Shown: positions 25,880 to 35,111 of the stretch, in pieces
Numbering within the stretch: the first letter of the stretch is position 1
Layout of the letters: each line of letters starts with the position of its first letter
NCBI GenBank assembly: GCA_964187785.1
Contig: OZ076409.1
Coordinates: 868,001 to 932,000 of the forward strand
Direction: 5' to 3'
Length of the DNA: 64,000 nt
Source: Amphiscolops sp. MND2022
Taxonomy: Eukaryota
The notes under the pieces: generated by a model
The model's database searches: none
Seen by the model: the letters and a program-made list of their open reading frames with translations, nothing else
Told to the model about the DNA's origin: nothing
Program-made: the position numbers and the translations under genes

Positions 25880-26184
25880 CGTTGCAACCAATTTCTACTT
25901 GAAATTGATCCGTGTTGCTATGGTTCTGACTGCGTTCATCAACGTAATTCCTGTCAGTCATACTTTTTGGTTCTGACTACGTTTCTTCACGTAATTCCTG
26001 TCAGTTAAATTTTTCGTTCCAACCACCTCTGAGTGAATTCGTGTTGGCTTTTTTCTTCTATCTTTCTTTCGTTCCAACCGCAGACGTGCGATACGTGTTG
26101 GCCCTTCTACAGTGCTATCCAGCGATTCCTGCTAGTAAAAATCTCTTTGGTTCTAGCCGCTTGGATCAACTTTAAAGTTGGCAC
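25880..26184 (+). ncRNA. Array of six covarying structured RNA motifs in the element 2 leader
   Basis: Units S-GTT-[P1 5 bp]-[P2 hairpin]-ATN-C-S'-T-[P1'] at 25880, 25922, 25969, 26015 and 26070, plus a permuted unit at 26117-26166; compensatory changes in P1, P2 and S:S'. Confidence 0.75.
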
Positions 26185-26424
26185 ACCTATATAACGCATC
26201 TTTTTCCATAACATCATTATAATACTTTTCTTATTCTCTCTTCTATACTACAAACCACATACAAAACTCCTTTAAAACTCTCTTACGGATCCAAATACAT
26301 AACAATTAAGATATATAACACATATATCACACCTCTCTTTACATTACTTTCATTTTTCATACACCTATATACAACAAAATTTTGTATAACTTCTTTGACA
26401 CACTCTTATAGAACTTTATTGTAC

Positions 26425-26547
26425 ATGCCGCCTTCAGTAGACATTGTAGTCAAACTCATTGTCTGCTTTTGATTCTTTGTTGCTATCGTTGCCGGTCTTG
26501 CACTTTTTCTAGACAAATTTTTAATTTCATTCATACCAAAATTTTAA
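26425..26547 (+). pseudogene. 40-codon hydrophobic uORF with an in-frame TGA
   Basis: MPPSVDIVVKLIVCF*FFVAIVAGLALFLDKFLISFIPKF. Confidence 0.35.
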
Positions 26548-26566
26548 AGTACAACCTTTTCCTTCT

Positions 26567-26806
26567 ATGTTAACAAGTATAGTACTACCTCTTTTTGGAC
26601 TACTTAGTATATACCACACTTTCAAAATACTTATCCAATATATACAAAACCCACTTCTTCTTTTCATAAGTATTGTACTTACTATTTTCATACAAGTTAT
26701 TTTCATAGATCAAATTTTACCATATAATTCACAATTCAATACAAAATATCTTCTTTTCCGATACATCTATCCTTTATGGCAATCCTATTGTACTAATCAA
26801 ACCTAA
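26567..26806 (+). CDS. 79-aa small membrane protein upstream of gag
   Basis: ATG start, two hydrophobic stretches, stop 9 nt before the gag ATG. Confidence 0.45.
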   Translation: MLTSIVLPLFGLLSIYHTFKILIQYIQNPLLLFISIVLTIFIQVIFIDQILPYNSQFNTKYLLFRYIYPLWQSYCTNQT

Positions 26807-26815
26807 TATCATATA

Positions 26816-29800
26816 ATGCTCCCCACTCCATTTACAGTCTCTAATGATAAAAGACAAAATCGATCTCTTATACAATATGTAACACCTTTTCTACAAAATA
26901 TTATCTTTCAGTACACTAACCCACTTCCATTTGAAACAGAACCCCATATATTACACACTATTCCATTAATACGAGAACATTGTGATTCCTACTTATATTA
27001 TATCCAATATAAAACACTTGACATAACACCATCACAAACTCCTTTCCAAGTTATTTTTAACCCTGTTAAAGGAATAAACTCTGGAACATTTTATAGAACT
27101 ATACACCCACAGAATATTACACTTTCTATACAAGATGTTTTTCGCACATACATGCAAAAACTCATTGAATTCAATGAACACCAAGACATACCACCTTATC
27201 GTCCTTCTCATTTACAAGAACTTAATCACTTATCTGAATATTTCGAGGTCCCTGATCTTGACACAAAAGTTCAAAGACATGGTAACCCTCATTATTGGCT
27301 ACAACGAGATATATTACAAATAAAGAACTTCGAGTTCAAATTCTTTACCAAAATTACCCTTACAGATGACACTATACCTCAAGTCAAAATTTTTACACAT
27401 TTCTTATTAAAATTCTTTAGATTTAACTACCAATTACTTTGGGAACAGAAAGACCAAAACGCTTATACTAACTTCCCAAAAGCATTAACAGATATAGAAC
27501 TCTTACCATACATCATAGACAATAAAAACAAACACTCACATTACATAGATCTTACTTCATTAAATGTTACACATTTTGAACAAATAAACCTAGATCACAA
27601 CTTTGTACTTGAACATTCTGAAACGTCAGATAGTAGACCTTATATTACATCTGATACTTTACATCAAACAACTCTTCAAACACAAACCTTTAATGTTGAA
27701 CCTCCATATATAAGACAACAATCAGAACAATCAGAACAAGAATCTATAACACAAGAAACACTTGTTCATCTTTTTCAAAATCCTGATTCTCCTCAAGAAC
27801 AATCACCCCAGCCACCACAATCACAAATCTTTGATACGCGACAACCAAATCCGTCTGAAACACATACACTTCCCAATACATCAGAACTTTCTGACGAAAC
27901 AGTACAAAATCCACAAAGTTTTACAATAACTGAGGACTCCAATCTTATAACAATTCCTACCCACAATATCCTCCAACGGACTACAAATCAGAATCAAGAC
28001 AACCCTTCAAATGTCATCACCGACAATACTTCTGTTTTATCCCCATATAATACTAATATTACACAACCCTCTCAGACACAAATACTACCTCCTCGAAATT
28101 ATGATCCACCCCCTATTCCTTCCCAATTTTCAGCTCAAATAAATACTCATGTCTCTCCTCAACCAAGTTCATCAAATACACACTCTATTACACAGAACAA
28201 TAATACAGTACATTTTCAAACACCAACTCCACCTTCATCTTCTGAAATACAAACTTCTACTTATACTCCAGCTCAAACTAACCCAGTACAAACTACACAG
28301 CCTACTTTAAATATTAACACAATTCATTCTAACCCGCCCTCTAACTATACTACAGCCAGTCATCTGTCTCGACCTCCATTACAACCTATATTAACTGACC
28401 CATTATCATACAATCTTACCAGCACCAATCTAAGTCATACCCAACAATCTCAAATAAACTATAACACACACAACCAATTAAACACTCTTTCTTCCCAGCA
28501 TACATCCAATACAATCCCTCCTACATTACAAACCTCTCACTTTCAAATATCAAATCCTCCTTCAACAACAATTAGAACTAACCCTCACTTTCATAATACT
28601 TCAATTATACCTTCAACTAATATTTCAAACCATCCTACGTATAATACAACACCTCCATCTACTATGTCTCATAACACTATGTCACATCCAACATATATTA
28701 ACTCTTCTACTTCTATATCAGAACCCATTAAACCTTTTGATGGACTCGATCACAACTATACACCTGAAGAATATTTACAACATATTGAGTCACGTGTTAC
28801 ATTCTCTTTAGGTTTACAACCTACCGCAGAACATGAATATAAATTTTGGCACGCTCGTCGCATGGCTTTCATACAATGCTCTTTAACAGGTACAGCACTA
28901 AGCTGGTACATCCGTTTAAACGACACTTATAAACATGATTGGCACGCTTTTGTACAAGCTTTCAAAAAACAATTTTCCTCACAAAAGAACGCTTATTATG
29001 CTCAAGTTGAAGCCCTTAACTTAACAAAGAAAGATAATGAAACAGTACGTCATTTTGCACTCAAAGTCCAACAACTGGTTGAAAAAGGCTGGTGTAATGA
29101 GAATGCATCTACTATAAACCTTAAATGTAATGAAATCTTTACAAAAGGACTTCCAAAAACCCTTAAAGATTTTGCAAACAAAAGACAAGTAAAACACACC
29201 TCTACTGTTCTAGAACCTTCGATTCCTTTTCATACTTTGGTAAAACTTGTTGACGCTGAAGATATTGCAAACGACAAAATTAGAACACATGATCTTGCAC
29301 TTGAAATAAACAATATTACAAAACAATTGAACACTCGAACCTTAGATCACCCATCTCAAGAACAACTTATGTATACACAACCCAAAGACCCAAATAACAA
29401 AAATAAACCTGCATATAAAAAATATTGCTCCTACTGTCATAGAACAAATCACTCCATTTCTGCTTGTTTCAAAAAACAACGAGATGATCAAGATAAACGA
29501 GAAGCATATGCTCGATCAAAATCTCCACAAAAATCATTCGTTCAGTACTTTCGTTCCCCTTCAAATGACAAAACAAAACACTATGATAATCGATATCGAA
29601 GTCGAAGTACTTCACGAGACAACTCTTATAACCAAAAATATTCACAAGATCGATACCGTTCTACATCTCGAGATAGAGACCGATTTCGTTATGATAAAAG
29701 TACTACTCCTCCACATTACTCCAGATCAAGATATGACACATATAAACGTGATTCTCGATCTTACCGTTCTCCTTACAGATCTTCTTATAGATCTCCATAT

Positions 29801-30085
29801 AGACAAAATTCTCGTCCTAGATACAGATCACGCTCTTATTCAAGAGATGACAAATTTAACAAATACACAAATTCATATAGACCACCTTCTAGACCAAGAA
29901 ACTCTCGATTTTCCAGATCCAGATCACATTCCAATTCCAGAAATAAAATCAATATAATACAACAACAGGAACAAACTGATCCTATCAAATTTGAGGTACA
30001 CATGTATCACCCAACAGCAATGGCAAATGCTGTCACATCACAAGTTGGTTTTATACTCTATATGTACACACCCCATCAAGTATAG
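26816..30085 (+). CDS. gag: Gag of element 2 (~1080 aa): N-terminal extension, S/T/P/Q/N-rich linker, capsid, CCHC knuckle, RS-rich tail
   Basis: IKPFDG...SLTGTALSWY...FKKQF capsid motifs; CSYCHRTNHSISAC at 29426-29467. Confidence 0.9.
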   Translation: MLPTPFTVSNDKRQNRSLIQYVTPFLQNIIFQYTNPLPFETEPHILHTIPLIREHCDSYLYYIQYKTLDITPSQTPFQVIFNPVKGINSGTFYRTIHPQNITLSIQDVFRTYMQKLIEFNEHQDIPPYRPSHLQELNHLSEYFEVPDLDTKVQRHGNPHYWLQRDILQIKNFEFKFFTKITLTDDTIPQVKIFTHFLLKFFRFNYQLLWEQKDQNAYTNFPKALTDIELLPYIIDNKNKHSHYIDLTSLNVTHFEQINLDHNFVLEHSETSDSRPYITSDTLHQTTLQTQTFNVEPPYIRQQSEQSEQESITQETLVHLFQNPDSPQEQSPQPPQSQIFDTRQPNPSETHTLPNTSELSDETVQNPQSFTITEDSNLITIPTHNILQRTTNQNQDNPSNVITDNTSVLSPYNTNITQPSQTQILPPRNYDPPPIPSQFSAQINTHVSPQPSSSNTHSITQNNNTVHFQTPTPPSSSEIQTSTYTPAQTNPVQTTQPTLNINTIHSNPPSNYTTASHLSRPPLQPILTDPLSYNLTSTNLSHTQQSQINYNTHNQLNTLSSQHTSNTIPPTLQTSHFQISNPPSTTIRTNPHFHNTSIIPSTNISNHPTYNTTPPSTMSHNTMSHPTYINSSTSISEPIKPFDGLDHNYTPEEYLQHIESRVTFSLGLQPTAEHEYKFWHARRMAFIQCSLTGTALSWYIRLNDTYKHDWHAFVQAFKKQFSSQKNAYYAQVEALNLTKKDNETVRHFALKVQQLVEKGWCNENASTINLKCNEIFTKGLPKTLKDFANKRQVKHTSTVLEPSIPFHTLVKLVDAEDIANDKIRTHDLALEINNITKQLNTRTLDHPSQEQLMYTQPKDPNNKNKPAYKKYCSYCHRTNHSISACFKKQRDDQDKREAYARSKSPQKSFVQYFRSPSNDKTKHYDNRYRSRSTSRDNSYNQKYSQDRYRSTSRDRDRFRYDKSTTPPHYSRSRYDTYKRDSRSYRSPYRSSYRSPYRQNSRPRYRSRSYSRDDKFNKYTNSYRPPSRPRNSRFSRSRSHSNSRNKINIIQQQEQTDPIKFEVHMYHPTAMANAVTSQVGFILYMYTPHQV

Positions 30086-33000
30086 TACAAAGAGACAACC
30101 CATCTAGACTAGAAATTGCATTCCTTCTAGATAGCGGTGCTTCTATTTCTGTACTCAATTATCCAACATATATAACTCTTACAAAACTTCTCGATATCAG
30201 ACCAAATCACACCTCTGATGTTGGACCAACTAGAAATTCCAAAACACTAACTGTTGCAAACCAAACTGAAGTTCCTATTTTACATTACGCAAATATCATT
30301 CTGAACACCACTATTGACGAAAACTCTCGATACTTTTCAGTACCCTTCGCAGTAGCTTATATTAAATACAATATCCTTGGTACACCATTCTTCGAAGACA
30401 ATATACAAAACATAAACATACAAGACTTTACACTCGAATTTAAATACCAATCAAAAACACACCCAAATTATGCAAAATTTACAACACTTCTATCTAAAGA
30501 TTATCCATACTTCTCTTACATTTATAGAATTAACTCAAAAACTCAAATACGTTTAAAACCCAAATCTTCCAAAATTGCACACTTTCCTATCCAAAATTAT
30601 CATAATCTTCATTTTACAACTACACCACAAAACCACTTCTTTCCTTCAGTACCTCATACCTATTTTGCTACCAAATTCCGTACAACTTTCAATTTTATTG
30701 AAGTTTTTACAGACGACAAGCCAGACATATGTGCAACTATTATTCAAAACACTTCAAAACATATTGCAACGCTACCTACAGGACATATTGGCTACATCGA
30801 AGTTCCAATTACTAATGAAAGACCTAAATTCTTCCAAGTTAACGACATTAATACTTTAATACCAAATGTTACTCATACTTATCATCCTGATATTACCGAA
30901 CCACTTCCACAAACCAATTATATTGTACAATATGATGATCCTACAACCCCTCCTCCACAATTCTCTTTACATCAAATTTATATGACAAATGACAACATTC
31001 CACACCAAACTTCTTCCCTATATAACGTTCAACCTACTTCTCATACCTCAGAAAAACGCATTTTCCCTTCTCTTCCATATACTTCTGAAAATCTGAAATT
31101 TATTAACAAATTTAACTTTCAATTTTCCGACCTTACAGATTCAGAATACATTACTCTTTGCAATATGCTCCTCAAATATAAAACATGTTATGCAACTCAT
31201 AAAAACGATGTTGGAAAAATTTCAACACCCTTTCGTATCCGACTTAAACCAAATGCTCAACTTATGACACAACGTCCTTCCAAAGTCCCTATTCATTATC
31301 GAGACAAATTAAATGCACTTCTCAAAGAACTTGAAAAATATAACATTATTAAACAAATTGGTTCTTCTCCTCAAGACAAACCCGTTTATGGCACAACTTA
31401 TTTAAATCCTCTTATTATAATCCCCAAGGGAGATACAATAAAATGTGTATTAGACGCTCGACATCTTAATTCCAATACAGAACAGTCTGATGAATCTTGG
31501 CCTATTGAACCTCTTGCTCCACAACTAGCACGCGCAAACAAAAAGTACAAATCTGCTATTGACCTTATGTATGCCTATGCACATACAGCTCTTGACGAAG
31601 ATACTATAAAACTTACTAGCTTCTCTTCAGGAGACAAACTTTTCGCTTTCATACGAGGCTTTTATGGTCTCAAAGGACTACCAAATTTCTTTACAAAACA
31701 AATGTCTACTTTCTTTAAAACTCTTATAGAACAAGGTTTCGCTCTTGTCTACATTGACGATATATTACTTTTATCCGACTCTAAAGAACATATGTTTCAA
31801 CTCATAGAACAATTACACATTATCAGTACAAAAAATAATCTTAAACTAGCCCCTGAAAAATCCTTTTTCATGCTCCTCAATGTCAAATTCCTTGGACATG
31901 AAATTGGTTACAATACAATTAAACCAATTCATTCAAAAATTGCAGCTATTCATAAGATCCCTTCTCCAACTGGCAAAGTTGCCCTAATGAGTTTCATTGG
32001 CGCACTCAATTTTTACACTAAATTTATTGAAAAACTACATATTAACCTCAAACCGTTTTACGATCTTTTACATGAAAACACTCCTTGGAAATGGACAGAC
32101 GAACACGAAAGTCTATTTCAAAAACTTAAAATGTCTCTCACTTCTGAAACAGAATTAACAATACCGAATACGAAACATCCATTTTTCATTACAGTTGACG
32201 CTTCCCTTATTGGATTAGGCGCTGTCTTATTCCAGTTAAATGAACAAAACAAAATGAAAGTCATATCGTACAACTCTCGTATACTTAGCCCACAAGAACA
32301 AAAACTCTCCACACTTGATAGAGAACTCCTTGGTATAGTACACGCACTTCAAATCTATGAATTTCTTATCATAGGTTCTCCACATCCAATACACATTTTC
32401 ACTGATCACAAACCTTTATTACATTGTTTTACAAAGAAAGGTAATCTCAGCCCCCGTTTCTATAGAGCTCAAATGCAATTGACAAAATTTTCAAAACTCA
32501 AAATAATTCACACCCCTGGAAAAAATCTCTCTGTTGCCGATATGTTGAGTCGCTCATTCACAAAAGCTGAATTACAACTTAACCAATTAAAACATAAACA
32601 CCTCCCACCACAAATCGATTTTGCACTTTTACAAGATAACACTCTTAAACCTGTACATTACTTAATAAAACACGAAGAAATTTTACCCCATCAAAAACAT
32701 GACTCCCATCCAATTCTTGCTGATTATGGTACAGATCAATTCTCTATTCGTATCAATGATAAAGGAAATGACATTATTGTAAAACCCTTACACTCTTTCT
32801 CATTCAAATCTGTAACTCCTTTTCAAACCAAATTTAAGACACCTACAAAAAAGAACAACAAAACCCTTCATCAACAATCTCTCTTACTTAATGATACTGA
32901 CGTTACAAGTGACGACGAAGATCATATTTACACCAGAATTCCAAAATCTGACTCTTCCTTCTCACAAGATACTACATTACAAACAGAAAATTATTCTACT

Positions 33001-35010
33001 CTTAAACAACCAAGTTACAACACCTCACAGAAATCAATTTCTGCAATAAATGTACAACCAAATTTACCATCTCTCACACACTGTCAACAAATTATACCTT
33101 TTTATGATACATCTTTCTTTAAGTACAAAAACTATTTTCAAGGTTTCTTCCTCCCCGATGATTACTCATTAGACATAAAAACTCTTCAACAACAACAATC
33201 TCAAGATCCGGTTCTCAGAACTGTTTATTCTTGGTTACTAAACAATGAAAAACCCGAATTTATAACACCTCTTATCACTGGTACTCCATTTCTACATGTA
33301 TATTACAAAAGATTTTCACAACTTTTCATTGATGAATCCACTAATCTTATTAGTCTGTACATTACAAACCCCACTGTTAATAACCAATCCTCTACTCCAA
33401 ATTTTGTACAAGATACTATTCGCATATGCCTACCTTTTCGACTATTTAAAACTGTCTTTAACAAACTTCATGAACATTCTCACACTGGTATGAAAATCAC
33501 CTACAATACATTCAAACAATGTTACTATATCCCATTCCTTGAAAAATGGCTTTCCTTTTTCATACATGACTGTATTGAATGTCAACGTAATAAACACTTC
33601 AATATGAAAATTCAAACTGCTCCTACACAATCATTTTCAGAACATGCTCCATCTTTCAACCATAGAATCTCAATGGACACTAAAGGACCTATTAATCCTC
33701 CTTCTCATAATAAATCCTATATACATGTAATAATTGACGCTTTTAGTCACTTTGTTGTTACAGTACCCATCAAATCAAACAACGCAAAGACTGCTATCAA
33801 AACTCTCCTACACCATTGGATTATTAAATTTGGACCACCCATATACCTTGTCACTGATCGTGGATCAGAATATGTTAACAAAGAAATGGCACATCTTTGT
33901 ACACTTATGGGAATTCGTCATTCTCCTAGAACAGCTTATTCTCCTTGGACAAATGGCCTTGTTGAAGTACAAAACAGAAATCTTGGTACTCATCTTCGAA
34001 TGTTCCTACATGACACACCTAAAGATTGGGCATTTCAAGTCCATATGTACGCTTATGCACATAATTCACAACCACTTTCAGAACTCAATGTTTCACCTCA
34101 CGAAATTGTTTTCCATACTAGACCCAGAATACCCCTCACATTTGATTTAAACCTTAATCGAGATACCTCCAAGACATGTATTTCACGTTATTGTTCTCAA
34201 CTCCCTGAACACTCTCACTATGATAAATCAGACTTAAACCCATTCTTCTATAAAACACTCTCAAAACCCATTCCCCAATGGTTTCTCGCTGTAGAAACTG
34301 CTATGTTACAAATTTACTCTACAGTCTACGAAAACACTCTACGAAAAATTAACTCACACGCATACATTACAAAAACTTACCACGAAGGTAAACCCCTTCC
34401 CATTGATACCTTTGTTTTAAAACGCAATTTTACACATGTTCACTTTTCAGACAAACTCAAACCCCTTCGGATTGGACCATATAAAATTCTTGACAGACTA
34501 TCAGACGTCACATATGCATTACTTGCACAAGATGGCTCTATAGTACACGTTCATAGAAATCATTTAATCCCATATTACCCTAAAGAACCACTCTTGTATC
34601 CACATTTGCGTAATTTTATGCGCTTTTCAGACACAACTCAAAACCAAATTCCACAAATTACCAGATATGCAAACAGTGATTCTTCCCCGTTTAACTCTGA
34701 TGAATCTTTGTCTGAAGAAGATTCTCAAACATTTATGACACCACCATCATTTAGTACATCCAATCAAAATACACCATCTATAACATCCAATGACAAGTCT
34801 TTACCTTCCTCAACCAATGACAACTCCTTATATAAACATATAATTAATACCCCTCACACTAATGTCCCTAGTGACAGATCGAGACACCCTTCTAACAACC
34901 AAACAACTTCACTTCCTCCTCTAATTGACAGAACCACAAAAACCACTTATAAACTGCGACAACAACCCAAATTAGATTATAGACTTTTTATTACACCTTC
35001 CCAACTGTAA
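29995..35010 (+). CDS. pol: Pol of element 2 (PR-RT-RNaseH-IN-GPY/F), in the -1 frame relative to gag
   Basis: Frame is stop-free from 29995 (manual translation): FLLDSGAS at ~30130, NILG, YIDD (~31750), TVDAS, HEHSH..CIEC, D-D-E (MDTKG/TDRG/LVE), RIGPYKI. Confidence 0.95.
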   Translation, partial: GTHVSPNSNGKCCHITSWFYTLYVHTPSSIVQRDNPSRLEIAFLLDSGASISVLNYPTYITLTKLLDIRPNHTSDVGPTRNSKTLTVANQTEVPILHYANIILNTTIDENSRYFSVPFAVAYIKYNILGTPFFEDNIQNINIQDFTLEFKYQSKTHPNYAKFTTLLSKDYPYFSYIYRINSKTQIRLKPKSSKIAHFPIQNYHNLHFTTTPQNHFFPSVPHTYFATKFRTTFNFIEVFTDDKPDICATIIQNTSKHIATLPTGHIGYIEVPITNERPKFFQVNDINTLIPNVTHTYHPDITEPLPQTNYIVQYDDPTTPPPQFSLHQIYMTNDNIPHQTSSLYNVQPTSHTSEKRIFPSLPYTSENLKFINKFNFQFSDLTDSEYITLCNMLLKYKTCYATHKNDVGKISTPFRIRLKPNAQLMTQRPSKVPIHYRDKLNALLKELEKYNIIKQIGSSPQDKPVYGTTYLNPLIIIPKGDTIKCVLDARHLNSNTEQSDESWPIEPLAPQLARANKKYKSAIDLMYAYAHTALDEDTIKLTSFSSGDKLFAFIRGFYGLKGLPNFFTKQMSTFFKTLIEQGFALVYIDDILLLSDSKEHMFQLIEQLHIISTKNNLKLAPEKSFFMLLNVKFLGHEIGYNTIKPIHSKIAAIHKIPSPTGKVALMSFIGALNFYTKFIEKLHINLKPFYDLLHENTPWKWTDEHESLFQKLKMSLTSETELTIPNTKHPFFITVDASLIGLGAVLFQLNEQNKMKVISYNSRILSPQEQKLSTLDRELLGIVHALQIYEFLIIGSPHPIHIFTDHKPLLHCFTKKGNLSPRFYRAQMQLTKFSKLKIIHTPGKNLSVADMLSRSFTKAELQLNQLKHKHLPPQIDFALLQDNTLKPVHYLIKHEEILPHQKHDSHPILADYGTDQFSIRINDKGNDIIVKPLHSFSFKSVTPFQTKFKTPTKKNNKTLHQQSLLLNDTDVTSDDEDHIYTRIPKSDSSFSQDTTLQTENYSTLKQPSYNTSQKSISAINVQPNLPSLTHCQQIIPFYDTSFFKYKNYFQGFFLPDDYSLDIKTLQQQQSQDPVLRTVYSWLLNNEKPEFITPLITGTPFLHVYYKRFSQLFIDESTNLISLYITNPTVNNQSSTPNFVQDTIRICLPFRLFKTVFNKLHEHSHTGMKITYNTFKQCYYIPFLEKWLSFFIHDCIECQRNKHFNMKIQTAPTQSFSEHAPSFNHRISMDTKGPINPPSHNKSYIHVIIDAFSHFVVTVPIKSNNAKTAIKTLLHHWIIKFGPPIYLVTDRGSEYVNKEMAHLCTLMGIRHSPRTAYSPWTNGLVEVQNRNLGTHLRMFLHDTPKDWAFQVHMYAYAHNSQPLSELNVSPHEIVFHTRPRIPLTFDLNLNRDTSKTCISRYCSQLPEHSHYDKSDLNPFFYKTLSKPIPQWFLAVETAMLQIYSTVYENTLRKINSHAYITKTYHEGKPLPIDTFVLKRNFTHVHFSDKLKPLRIGPYKILDRLSDVTYALLAQDGSIVHVHRNHLIPYYPKEPLLYPHLRNFMRFSDTTQNQIPQITRYANSDSSPFNSDESLSEEDSQTFMTPPSFSTSNQNTPSITSNDKSLPSSTNDNSLYKHIINTPHTNVPSDRSRHPSNNQTTSLPPLIDRTTKTTYKLRQQPKLDYRLFITPSQL

Positions 35011-35111
35011 TCTGGTCATTCTCCCTGTTGGCTTACTCAAACCTAGTCACTCTGGTTGAATGAATGTTGAATAAATGAAATAAAACCCATAACAAGTTAT
35101 CTTAAAGATAA

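Noticed and set aside
25880..26184. Hammerhead/HDV/twister ribozyme or Pol III B-box call for the leader motifs
   Set aside because: No CUGANGA/GAAA core, no HDV topology, and GTTC is not followed by RANNC; left as an unassigned structured RNA
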